Part shown: positions 1 through 7,094 of the stretch, in pieces
Layout of the letters: each line of letters begins with the position of its first letter
How positions within the stretch are numbered: the first letter of the stretch is position 1
Virus record (IMG/VR): IMGVR_UViG_2541047952_000005
Span: 1 to 10,972 of that record
Origin: a virus
Lineage: Duplodnaviria > Heunggongvirae > Uroviricota > Caudoviricetes
Direction: 5' to 3' (one strand)
DNA length: 10,972 nt
Notes under the pieces: model-generated
Databases searched by the model: none
What the model saw: only the letters and a program-made list of their open reading frames with translations
What the model was told of the DNA's origin: nothing
Position numbers and translations under genes: made by a program

Positions 1-834
1 ATGTCATCTTCCATCAAACAACAGATTAGAGATCGCAGCGAGTACATTGGTTTTATCGAAAAATGTTTTGCAAATGCGCATCAATGCTACGTTGTCCATT
101 ATTCATGTGAATCTTTTTATGATGCTGTGGGCGGTAAATCCACAAGGATCACCTCTATTGCTGTCAGAAATTTAGGCAGTGGGCAAACAGATCATTGGGC
201 TCTTAATAGATCCGCAGAATTATTAGGTCTTGATGTTTCAGATGAAAAAAATCTCGATATCCTTGAGCATCATCTATTAGATAACTACTTTACATTCCTG
301 AAAAGATACGCACAATGCACATTTCTGCATTGGAACATGCGAGATAACAATTACGGATTTCAGGCCTTACAGCATAGATTTTCAGTCCTAGGTGGCGAGC
401 CCTTTATACTTACTGATGACAGAAAACTCGATTTAGCGAGAGCTGCCGTTTCTATATATGGACGAAGCTATATTGGGCATACCGCCAAAAGTGGCCGTGC
501 AGGTAGAATGTTAGCTCTTGTTGAAAAAAATGGTATCGCTGATAAAGATGTCTTAGCCGGCGCTGAGGAAGCCGAGGCATATGTCAAAGGTAAGTATAGA
601 GAGCTAGAAATGTCTACATTACGAAAGGTCGACATACTCTGTAATATTGCTGAGCGGATTCATGATCGTACTCTCAAAACTAACAATAAATGGTTTTGGC
701 CAAGAAGCTGGCATCCATATTGGTTAACGATGAGGCTCAAAGAACACCCATTAGTGACTGGATTAATAGTTTTAGGGATTTTCTTAGGTGTAATTACCAA
801 AGGTCTAGATCTATATGCTTGGTGGCAGCAGTAA
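1..834 (+). CDS. hypothetical protein, 277 aa, with one predicted C-terminal transmembrane helix; function unknown
   Basis: ORF open from position 1 (ATG at 1-3; the true start could lie upstream of the window) to TAA at 832-834. C-terminal hydrophobic stretch LVTGLIVLGIFLGVITKGL suggests a membrane anchor. No family recognised by eye. Confidence 0.5.
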   Translation: MSSSIKQQIRDRSEYIGFIEKCFANAHQCYVVHYSCESFYDAVGGKSTRITSIAVRNLGSGQTDHWALNRSAELLGLDVSDEKNLDILEHHLLDNYFTFLKRYAQCTFLHWNMRDNNYGFQALQHRFSVLGGEPFILTDDRKLDLARAAVSIYGRSYIGHTAKSGRAGRMLALVEKNGIADKDVLAGAEEAEAYVKGKYRELEMSTLRKVDILCNIAERIHDRTLKTNNKWFWPRSWHPYWLTMRLKEHPLVTGLIVLGIFLGVITKGLDLYAWWQQ

Positions 835-1078
835 AATGGGGTGTCAGGTCTTTATCGGGACACTGATACGGGGAAAGTTACAATACTGAGGCTGGTTCAC
901 GCTCAGAGCGTCAAAATTGTCCGTCACAGACTCGTCGCATCTGCACTTAATCCATATGACACGGATTGGACAGATTATATCCGATCCCGAACCACGCGTC
1001 TGACTGCACCTGCCGCATCATTTCACAGTGGTGTTTGATAAGGCTTGAGCCGTGTGAGCTGGAAACTCTCACGCACGG

Positions 1079-1104
1079 TGAATCGCCACGGATAATCTAG
1101 ACAC
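1079..1104. repeat. IS terminal inverted repeat (end distal to orfA)
   Basis: TGAATCGCCACGG... matches the reverse complement of the other terminus at 2282-2307. Confidence 0.8.
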
Positions 1105-2005
1105 TTCCGAGCCGTTGATAATACTGGTTTTCATATTCTGTCGGTGACATCTGATCGCTGGAACCATGCCGACGCTTACTGTTATAAAACATTTCGATGT
1201 AATCAAAAATATCGCTGCGGGCTTCTTCCCGCGTTCCGTAGATCTTTTTCTTTATCCGTTCGCGTTTCAACAACTGGAAAAAGCTTTCTGCAACCGCATT
1301 ATCATGGCAGTTACCGCGACGGCTCATGCTGCCCTCCAGGCCGTGTGATTTCAGGAACGACTGCCACTCATGGCTTGTGTACTGACTGCCCTGATCCGAA
1401 TGAACCAGCACCTGTTTTTGGGGATTACGGCGCCATACAGCCATCAGCAGTGCGTTCAGGACAATGTCCTTTGTCATCCGGGATTGCATGGACCAGCCGA
1501 TAATTTTGCGTGAGAACAGATCAACAACCACGGCAAGATACAGCCAGCCTTCGTGGGTCCTGATGTAGGTTATGTCCGTTACCCAACGCTTATCCGGAGC
1601 ATCCGGATTGAACTGTCGCTGGAGCCTGTTGGGCGACACGATACTGGCCTCGCCTTTACGTGCCCGCGGGCTCCGGTATCCGACCTGAGCCTTTATCCCG
1701 ACACGTTTCATCAGTCGCCAGACTCTGTTCACTCCGCACTGTTGCCCGCTGTCCCGCAGATCCAGATGGATTTTGCGATAACCATAGACGCATCCCGATT
1801 CCAGCCAGAACTGTTTAATCTGCCCTGTCAGCCTCAGGTCTGCCTGATGGCGTTGTGAATGCGGCTGCTGAAGCCAGGCGTAAAAACCACTGGGATGAAC
1901 ATCCAGCACCCGACAGAGCAGGCGAACAGGCCAGCAACAGGTGTTGTCACGGATAAAGGCGTACCTCAGTCGGACAGCTTTGCGAAGTACGCCGCGGCTT
2001 TTTTT
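1097..2005 (-). CDS. IS3-family transposase OrfB (DDE catalytic domain), expressed as an OrfAB fusion by programmed -1 frameshift
   Basis: DDE motifs in the translation: WVTDITYI, VLVHSDQGSQYTS, NAVAESFF. The orfB frame has no ATG of its own and stays open upstream through the minus-strand heptamer A AAA AAA G (plus-strand T-run 1999-2005) near the end of orfA. The track's 1097..1909 start is an internal GTG. Confidence 0.85.
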   Translation of the reverse strand, partial: KKSRGVLRKAVRLRYAFIRDNTCCWPVRLLCRVLDVHPSGFYAWLQQPHSQRHQADLRLTGQIKQFWLESGCVYGYRKIHLDLRDSGQQCGVNRVWRLMKRVGIKAQVGYRSPRARKGEASIVSPNRLQRQFNPDAPDKRWVTDITYIRTHEGWLYLAVVVDLFSRKIIGWSMQSRMTKDIVLNALLMAVWRRNPQKQVLVHSDQGSQYTSHEWQSFLKSHGLEGSMSRRGNCHDNAVAESFFQLLKRERIKKKIYGTREEARSDIFDYIEMFYNSKRRHGSSDQMSPTEYENQYYQRLGSV

Positions 2006-2244
2006 AATATGTCCCGTTCGTCGGTAACCCGCTTCAGCTCTTTCTGGAGACGGCGGATCTCGGCCTGAGCATCTGACTGTTCTTTATTAGCGGAAGAATC
2101 CGGACCGTACTTCTTTATCCAGGCGTAAAGGCTGTGGGTGGTGATATCGAGACGTGTTGCAACGCTGGCAACAGAATAACCGCGATCAACAACCTGTTTG
2201 ACTGCTTCAATTTTAAACTCTTCGGGATAACGCTTACCGCTCAT
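1966..2244 (-). CDS. IS3-family transposase OrfA (helix-turn-helix DNA-binding subunit)
   Basis: Track ORF 1966..2250 begins at a GTG; an ATG at 2244-2242 preceded by GAGAGGTG is the more likely start (MSGKRYPEEFKIEAVKQVVDRGYSVASVATRLDITTHSLYAWIKKY...). Typical OrfA with HTH and a C-terminal leucine-zipper-like region ending just past the slippery site. Confidence 0.85.
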   Translation of the reverse strand: MSGKRYPEEFKIEAVKQVVDRGYSVASVATRLDITTHSLYAWIKKYGPDSSANKEQSDAQAEIRRLQKELKRVTDERDILKKAAAYFAKLSD

Positions 2245-2281
2245 GGGCACCTCTCTTTAAGCCATCTTAAATGACTCTGAG

Positions 2282-2307
2282 GTGTCTGTTAAACCCGTGG
2301 CGATTCA
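2282..2307. repeat. IS terminal inverted repeat (end proximal to orfA)
   Basis: ...CCGTGGCGATTCA; its reverse complement matches 1079-1091 exactly and 1092-1104 partially. Confidence 0.8.
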
Positions 2308-2361
2308 CGGTTCTTAGAGGGGGCGTTGAAGGTAACTTCGGTGCCCTACTCGACAAGACCG

Positions 2362-2708
2362 AAGATAGCAAAAAAACAACCCTACTTCATTCACCGAACT
2401 GATGGGTAGCCAATATTCATGGCGGCAATCGGCAGCGCCCCTTCGAACGTAGTGACGAGGCCGAAGGTTTTTTAATAGTGACGTCTGCGGCCGATGAAGG
2501 CTTGGTTGATATACACGACCGACAGCCACTTGTATTGTCACCGGAGGCAGCCCGGGAATGGGATGCGCCAAGACGCCGAGGCAAGGAAGCAGAAGCGATT
2601 ACCGACTACGGTGCCGTGCAAGCTGACAAGTTTATCTGGCATGCAGTTACGCGAGCGATGGGTAATGCGAAAAATCAAGGTGAATATCTTATTGTTTCAA
2701 TTGAATAA
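2362..2708 (+). pseudogene. SRAP / YedK-like (SOS-response-associated peptidase) gene remnant: 5'-truncated, one in-frame TAG, one frameshift
   Basis: Frame 1 from about 2362 reads ...KKQPYFIHRTDG*PIFMAAIGS with TAG at 2407-2409. After the C-run near 2438-2441 the similarity continues in frame 0: PFERSDEAEGFLIVTSAADEGLVDIHDRQPLVLSPEAAREW... to TAA at 2706-2708. This resembles my recollection of the C-terminal half of E. coli YedK, including the His-containing HDR motif. The N-terminal half with the catalytic Cys2 is absent. From memory, not searched. Confidence 0.55.
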
Positions 2709-2733
2709 TAATGTTTTTACCTCAAATTAGCAT

Positions 2734-2739
2734 TATACT
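2734..2739 (+). promoter_or_regulatory. possible -10 element (TATACT) for the AT-rich ORF at 2786
   Basis: TATACT lies 47 nt upstream of the ATG in an AT-rich leader; no good -35 at 17-bp spacing. AGGA at 2771-2774 is a plausible ribosome-binding site. Weak call, since AT-rich DNA gives many chance matches. Confidence 0.25.
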
Positions 2740-2785
2740 ATTTCATGCTTTATTTACACCTCTTTAAATTAGGATAACAATTATA

Positions 2786-4534
2786 ATGGAAAACTCTAAT
2801 AGCAATTTGATTGTAAAAATAGTTCATCTTCTACAATCCGAAAGAGATGGACTTATTTTTATTGATGGAAAATGGGGAACAGGTAAAACTTTTTTTATTA
2901 AAAATGTATTTCCTCGTTTTTATGATCTTAATGTGTTTTATTATATTTCATTACTAGGCGTTAAGTCTCTTGCAGATTTCAAAGCAAAGATTATTGACTG
3001 CTACTATCTTCAAGATATAGACACTCTTAAGTCTGGGTTAGATACTATTTCTGGTTTGGGTAGTGTAAGCAGTGGTTCTCCCGCTAGTGCCAATGTGCTT
3101 AATGGTGTGTTCAGTTCCATTGGTTCAAGTGTAAGAGAGAACATACTCTCCAAACTCAGTGGCATATTTATATTAGATGACATTGAGCGATTAAGCACTC
3201 CCTCACTGGCCAATGAAATACTAACTTATTGTCATTCGTTATATTCAACCTCAAAAATCTCTAGTTTGGATTTTATTGTTATATCTAATACATCTGCCGA
3301 ATCCCACCTGTCATTAGAACATAAAGAAAAAATTATTTCTGATTCACTTCATTACAACCCAAACCCTCGCGACATATTAGATATGAGAATAATTGAAGAA
3401 AAACTACAGTACTTCCCCACTGAAGACAAAATGATTTTCGAAGAAATAATATCATACCATAACATAGTTAACATAAGAATTTTAATGAGGTGTTTAAATA
3501 CTGCACTTCCATTATATTTACACGCAGAAAACCACCCTGAACTAGAGTGGAAAATCGCCTCTAAAACCATACTAAGCTCAATTTTGTCATATTTTATCTT
3601 GTTATTTATCCATAACAAATCCATGGACGAACTGATCATTGACAGCATCCAGCATATCCCACCCCAAAATTCCAGCAGCGATGAAAATCCACATGAACCG
3701 AGACTTTTGTCTACATTACACAATTATAAAATTAATATTCACCTTAAAAATTACTACAGTGGTCATGTTTCTCTTTATGATATATTGGACGATGTTTTTT
3801 ATGTGCCAACACCTTTAAGTACAATTGATATTGCAGTTTCAACTCGACCAGAACTACAGGAGACAGATGAAAAAGAATTTTTCCCCACGATTATTGGTTT
3901 AATTTCTAGAACAATACCATGTGATTTGCACCAATGGCTTAGGGCGGTTCAGAACTATGAATATTTGACTTATCATAAATATCTTCCAAAATCATCATTA
4001 CTAACATTGCAGTTCATGAGTTCTAAATCACTCGAATTTAGTGACGAGGACATTATTACTTACTTTGAATTTCATAACAACAATCCAATCAGTAGTTGGA
4101 CTAGTGGCTTTGATGATGGGAAACTTATATTTTCAATATTATCAGGCCGTCATAATAATATTGAAAAGAGAAAAAACTTAAAGACAATTAAGGAAATTAT
4201 TGAAACTGATGGTTGGGCTTTATTTGATGTTAACTTATTACTCAAATTAGATCCCATGGGAAACTATAAAACGCTAGAAGTACTTGGCGCACCATTTTTG
4301 ACCAAGTGCATTTTAAAAGAATGGAGCATTAAAGATATAGAGCAATTCAACGCTTTTTTAAGAAGTAATTATAGAATTAGTAACATATCTCAGTTTGCCA
4401 CAAATGAAAAGCAGCGCCTTATATACCTCAATCAAAAACTTGACATTTATTTCATAGGTAAGCAAGAAAGTTTTAAATATGGCGCGATATATGATTTAAA
4501 CAATACAGTAAGACACGCAATTTCTTGCCTATAA
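2786..4534 (+). CDS. KAP-family-like P-loop NTPase, 582 aa, AT-rich, horizontally acquired; candidate phage-exclusion/defence protein
   Basis: ATG at 2786 with AGGA upstream; TAA at 4532-4534. Walker A GKWGTGKT (aa 28-35) has the G-x-W-G-x-G-K-[ST] form typical of KAP NTPases; Walker B-like GIFILDDIERL about 100 aa later. The C-terminal roughly 430 aa are unrecognised and rich in N/I/K/S/Y. Composition visibly more AT-rich than all neighbours. Confidence 0.6.
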   Translation: MENSNSNLIVKIVHLLQSERDGLIFIDGKWGTGKTFFIKNVFPRFYDLNVFYYISLLGVKSLADFKAKIIDCYYLQDIDTLKSGLDTISGLGSVSSGSPASANVLNGVFSSIGSSVRENILSKLSGIFILDDIERLSTPSLANEILTYCHSLYSTSKISSLDFIVISNTSAESHLSLEHKEKIISDSLHYNPNPRDILDMRIIEEKLQYFPTEDKMIFEEIISYHNIVNIRILMRCLNTALPLYLHAENHPELEWKIASKTILSSILSYFILLFIHNKSMDELIIDSIQHIPPQNSSSDENPHEPRLLSTLHNYKINIHLKNYYSGHVSLYDILDDVFYVPTPLSTIDIAVSTRPELQETDEKEFFPTIIGLISRTIPCDLHQWLRAVQNYEYLTYHKYLPKSSLLTLQFMSSKSLEFSDEDIITYFEFHNNNPISSWTSGFDDGKLIFSILSGRHNNIEKRKNLKTIKEIIETDGWALFDVNLLLKLDPMGNYKTLEVLGAPFLTKCILKEWSIKDIEQFNAFLRSNYRISNISQFATNEKQRLIYLNQKLDIYFIGKQESFKYGAIYDLNNTVRHAISCL

Positions 4535-4541
4535 ATTGGCA

Positions 4542-4580
4542 TACTAAGTCTCAGCCGAATTGTATAACTGAGACTTAGTA
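4542..4580. terminator. stem-loop between convergent genes (13-bp stem, 13-nt loop); putative bidirectional terminator
   Basis: TACTAAGTCTCAG (4542-4554), loop CCGAATTGTATAA, then CTGAGACTTAGTA (4568-4580), a perfect inverted repeat. Lies between the end of the AT-rich ORF (4534) and the end of umuC (4658). No clean U-tract, so efficiency is uncertain. Confidence 0.45.
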
Positions 4581-4657
4581 ATCAAAAATAAGAACATTTG
4601 ATTTATCGTTTCTAATAAACTCATCCACCGTTTTCCGAAGAATCTGTCACCGGAAAA

Positions 4658-5926
4658 TCACCTGACAACGGGTAGATCAGAGAATCGGGTGGTGTAACGT
4701 GGAGAAAGTATTTCCCGTTTCATCTGCCACTGCTGCTGGATACCCTGTCCTGCAAAATACAGCGTCCCCCTCCCGCCTTTGGCATTGAGGTGATCCAGCA
4801 CTTCCATCAGTTTCTCACTGCCCGGGCGCGGCGCGTTATCATCGAACAAGTTGAGCTGAGCCACGCCCTGACTGAAGAAATCACCCAACATCACCCCGGC
4901 TTTCTGATACCGATATCCGTCTTGCCATATGGCGTCCAGACAGCGGATGGCTGCACTGATGATATCCCGACTGTCCTGCGTAGGCGTCAGAAGCTTCACG
5001 GAGGCATTATTGCCATAATAGGGCTCGTTCAGTGCGAACGGGCTGGTCTTCACAAACGCCGAGATAAAACGGCAATACTGGTGCTCGCCACGCAGTTTCT
5101 CTGCCGCCCGCGAGGCATAGCTGCAGATCGCCTGGCGCATCTCTTCATACTCCGTGATACGACCGCTAAAAGAGCGGGAACAGATAATTTCCTGTTTCAC
5201 TGGCGCGAATTCTTCCAGTGCCAGGCAGGGTTCTCCGCGTAACTCACGCACCGTTCGCTCCAGCACGACATTAAAATGTTTACGGATAAAACGGATGTCC
5301 GTATCAGCGAGTTGCAGTACGGTCTTGATCCCCATCGCCTCCAGTTTTTTCGAAATACGCCGACCGATGCCCCAGACTTCATCAACCGGCAGCGCGGCCA
5401 TCAGTTTGCGCTGGCGATCGACACTGGACAGGTCTACCACCCCGCCCGTCTGCCGCTGCCATTGTTTGGCCGCGTGGTTGGCCAGCTTGGCCAGCGTCTT
5501 GGTCTGGGCAATGCCAACACCCACTGTCAGATGCGTTCGCTGCAGAACAGTAGCACGGATTTCACGGCCAAAATCAGTCAGATCACGACAGTTACGTACA
5601 CCAGTGAGGTCACAAAATGCCTCGTCTATCGAGTAAATTTCACAGCGCGGCGACATTTCTTCCAGCGTGGTCATCACCCGGTTAGACATATCCGCATACA
5701 GCTCATAGTTGCTGCTGAAGCACACCACCCCATGGCGCCGGAAAAAGTCCTTCTGCCTGAAGTACGGCTCACCCATTTTGATACCCAGTTTCTTTGCCTC
5801 TGTGCTGCGGGCAATAACACAACCGTCATTGTTGGAAAGCACCACAACCGGCCTACCTTTGAGATCCGGGCGAAATACAGTTTCACAGGAGGCATAGAAC
5901 GAGTTCACATCACACAACGCGTACAT
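4658..5926 (-). CDS. umuC: UmuC, error-prone translesion DNA polymerase V catalytic subunit (Y-family)
   Basis: Near-full-length similarity to E. coli UmuC as recalled ([22 protein letters not shown]...[11 protein letters not shown]...[19 protein letters not shown]...[11 protein letters not shown]...). The track start at 5932 is a TTG; ATG at 5926-5924 matches the UmuC N-terminus and lies 2 nt after the umuD stop. Confidence 0.93.
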   Translation of the reverse strand: MYALCDVNSFYASCETVFRPDLKGRPVVVLSNNDGCVIARSTEAKKLGIKMGEPYFRQKDFFRRHGVVCFSSNYELYADMSNRVMTTLEEMSPRCEIYSIDEAFCDLTGVRNCRDLTDFGREIRATVLQRTHLTVGVGIAQTKTLAKLANHAAKQWQRQTGGVVDLSSVDRQRKLMAALPVDEVWGIGRRISKKLEAMGIKTVLQLADTDIRFIRKHFNVVLERTVRELRGEPCLALEEFAPVKQEIICSRSFSGRITEYEEMRQAICSYASRAAEKLRGEHQYCRFISAFVKTSPFALNEPYYGNNASVKLLTPTQDSRDIISAAIRCLDAIWQDGYRYQKAGVMLGDFFSQGVAQLNLFDDNAPRPGSEKLMEVLDHLNAKGGRGTLYFAGQGIQQQWQMKREILSPRYTTRFSDLPVVR

Positions 5927-5928
5927 GA

Positions 5929-6348
5929 TCAACCCGTCGATTTCACGATGAACGTCACCACACCAAAAACATCGAGCGTTTCTTCGCTCCCGATGATGAT
6001 AGGCGACCAGGCGCGGTTTTCAGGGTTAAGCTGGACAGTTGGCCATAACTGTAGGCGCTTAACGGTAAATTCCCCGTCCACCGCAGCAATAACGATATCG
6101 CCGTGCTCTGCCTTGCGTGAACTGTCCACTACCAGTAAATCGCCTTCGCCGATCCCGGCATCAATCATCGAGTCACCAGATGCCTTAACGAAGTACGTGG
6201 CGCTGGGGTGTTGTATCAGTAGCTCGTTAAGATCGATACGCTGTTCAACGTAGTCCTGAGCAGGGCTTGGGAAACCACAGGGTACAAGATCGCCATAGAG
6301 TGGAAGCGGCTGCACTGCACGCAACCCGGAGGGAGTGAAAAACTGCAT
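5929..6348 (-). CDS. umuD: UmuD, LexA-like S24 self-cleaving accessory subunit of Pol V
   Basis: Cleavage-site context VPCGFPSPA, active-site FVKASGDSM and TVKRL lysine region are all present, resembling E. coli UmuD. The track start at 6363 is a TTG; ATG at 6348 (MQFFTPSGL...) aligns with the UmuD N-terminus and has GGTGA 5 nt upstream. ATG at 6351 is an alternative. Confidence 0.93.
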   Translation of the reverse strand: MQFFTPSGLRAVQPLPLYGDLVPCGFPSPAQDYVEQRIDLNELLIQHPSATYFVKASGDSMIDAGIGEGDLLVVDSSRKAEHGDIVIAAVDGEFTVKRLQLWPTVQLNPENRAWSPIIIGSEETLDVFGVVTFIVKSTG

Positions 6349-6367
6349 CATAATCACCGTCAATTAA

Positions 6368-6387
6368 TACTGATATTATATACAGTA
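6368..6387. promoter_or_regulatory. LexA (SOS) box upstream of umuD
   Basis: TACTGATATTATATACAGTA, i.e. CTG-N10-CAG with an AT-rich centre, close to the consensus TACTGTATATATATACAGTA; 20 bp upstream of the umuD start. Confidence 0.8.
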
Positions 6388-6455
6388 GTTTTTATTTAAA
6401 CGGAGATCAATGGCATTAGCCACCATCAGTCATCATCGTCGCATAACTCAATGAT

Positions 6456-7007
6456 TTACCTGGTTGCCGGAAATTTTTTATATAGCGTCGATATCCCAAC
6501 ATCGTAAATTAATGCCACACGCTGTCGTGATTCACCTGCTGCAACCAACCTTCCTGCCTGCGCCCACTGTTCATCAGTTAGCTTTGATCGACGCCCACCT
6601 ATTCGCCCTTCTTCACGAGCCGCAGCCAATCCCGCCCTGGTACGTTCGACTATCAGCTCCCTTTCCATTTCGGCAAGTGCGCCCATGACATGGAAGAAAA
6701 AGCGTCCCATTGGTGAAGACGTATCTATGCTGTCGGTCAGGCTGCGAAAGTTAATACCCTTTTCCCGAAGCTCCTCCACCAAAACGACAAGATGCCGCAT
6801 GCTGCGACCGAGTCGATCCAGTTTCCAGACCACCAGCGTATCGCCTTCAGACAGAGTCCTGAGTACTTTCTTCAACCCCGGTCGGTCAGACGTTCTGCCG
6901 CTGATCTTATCCTCGAATATCAGTTCACATCCTGCGCACTCCAGTGCGTTTCGTTGCAATGCGGTGTTCTGGTCATTTGTTGACACACGTACATAACCGA
7001 TGAGCAT
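6456..7007 (-). CDS. serine-recombinase DNA invertase (Pin/Gin/Hin/Cin family)
   Basis: MLIGYVRVSTNDQNT... (catalytic Ser in VRVST), ...DTLVVWKLDRLGRS..., ...SPMGRFFFHVMGALAEMERELI..., C-terminal HTH ...ALIYDVGISTLYKK; close to E. coli e14 PinE as recalled. ATG at 7007 with AGGGG upstream. Lies immediately outside the invertible segment. Confidence 0.93.
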   Translation of the reverse strand: MLIGYVRVSTNDQNTALQRNALECAGCELIFEDKISGRTSDRPGLKKVLRTLSEGDTLVVWKLDRLGRSMRHLVVLVEELREKGINFRSLTDSIDTSSPMGRFFFHVMGALAEMERELIVERTRAGLAAAREEGRIGGRRSKLTDEQWAQAGRLVAAGESRQRVALIYDVGISTLYKKFPATR

Positions 7008-7073
7008 GAGAAATACCCCTGTAAAAAGCCGGGATCATGCCATCTGAGCGGAATAACTGCATTTTCTAAAAGG

Positions 7074-7094
7074 TTGGTTTGGGAGAAGCCAGAT
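7074..7094. repeat. inverted repeat / recombination crossover site, invertase-proximal
   Basis: TTGGTTTGGGAGAAGCCAGAT is the exact reverse complement of 8510-8530 (21/21). Embedded in a 26-bp imperfectly palindromic site 7062-7087, TTTTCTAAAAGG TT GGTTTGGGAGAA, resembling gix/hix-type sites. Confidence 0.8.

Larger units (their letters stand above)
1079..2307 (-). mobile_element. IS3-family insertion sequence, 1,229 bp, apparently intact
   Basis: Termini are 5'-TG...CA-3'. Imperfect terminal inverted repeats: 1079-1104 TGAATCGCCACGGATAATCTAGACAC versus the reverse complement of 2282-2307, TGAATCGCCACGGGTTTAACAGACAC (first 13 nt identical). Flanked by direct CGG at 1076-1078 and 2308-2310. 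Two overlapping transposase frames with a slippery A-run between them. Exact IS name not assigned. Confidence 0.85.

Noticed and set aside
841-1038. 65-aa ORF between the first gene and the IS
   Set aside because: GTG start without a convincing ribosome-binding site, Arg/Thr-rich low-complexity translation and no recognisable motif. A tRNA-like fold was also looked for in 841-1078, since IS and prophages often target tRNA genes, and none was found. A small toxin or antitoxin cannot be fully excluded.
1144-2068. Plus-strand ORFs 1144..1503, 1166..1348, 1553..1858 and 1859..2068
   Set aside because: Antisense to the IS3-family transposase frames inside the IS, with no independent support.
2368-2380. 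A-run (7 A) as a second frameshift site in the SRAP remnant
   Set aside because: Re-reading the frames shows the KKQPYFIHRTDG similarity is already in frame through the A-run, so no frameshift needs to be invoked there. Only the TAG and the C-run shift are supported.
2701-2706. TTGAAT as a -35 element for the AT-rich ORF
   Set aside because: Its spacing to the TATACT -10 candidate is about 27 bp, far from the 16-18 bp optimum. It is probably a chance match in AT-rich sequence.
2314-2730. ORFs 2314..2571 (-), 2478..2708 (+) and 2494..2730 (+) listed as separate genes
   Set aside because: 2478..2708 is the tail of the SRAP/YedK-like pseudogene frame, not an independent gene. The other two are overlapping alternative-frame or antisense ORFs over the same remnant.
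3010-3723. Minus-strand ORFs 3010..3213 and 3352..3723
   Set aside because: Antisense within the 582-aa AT-rich ORF. AT-rich DNA has few stop codons on some frames, and nothing supports them.
4631-4657. Second small hairpin (TTTTCCG ... CGGAAAA) just past the umuC stop
   Set aside because: Only a 7-bp stem with a 13-nt loop and no U-tract on the umuC strand. The larger stem-loop at 4542-4580 is the better terminator candidate.
5276-6253. 325-aa plus-strand ORF, with others at 4790..5242, 5154..5636 and 5709..5897
   Set aside because: They lie antisense to umuC and umuD, whose minus-strand products show strong full-length similarity to known proteins. Long antisense ORFs are expected in GC-rich, codon-biased genes.
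6464-6996. Plus-strand ORFs 6464..6688, 6685..6996 and 6792..6983
   Set aside because: Antisense to the well-supported invertase gene.
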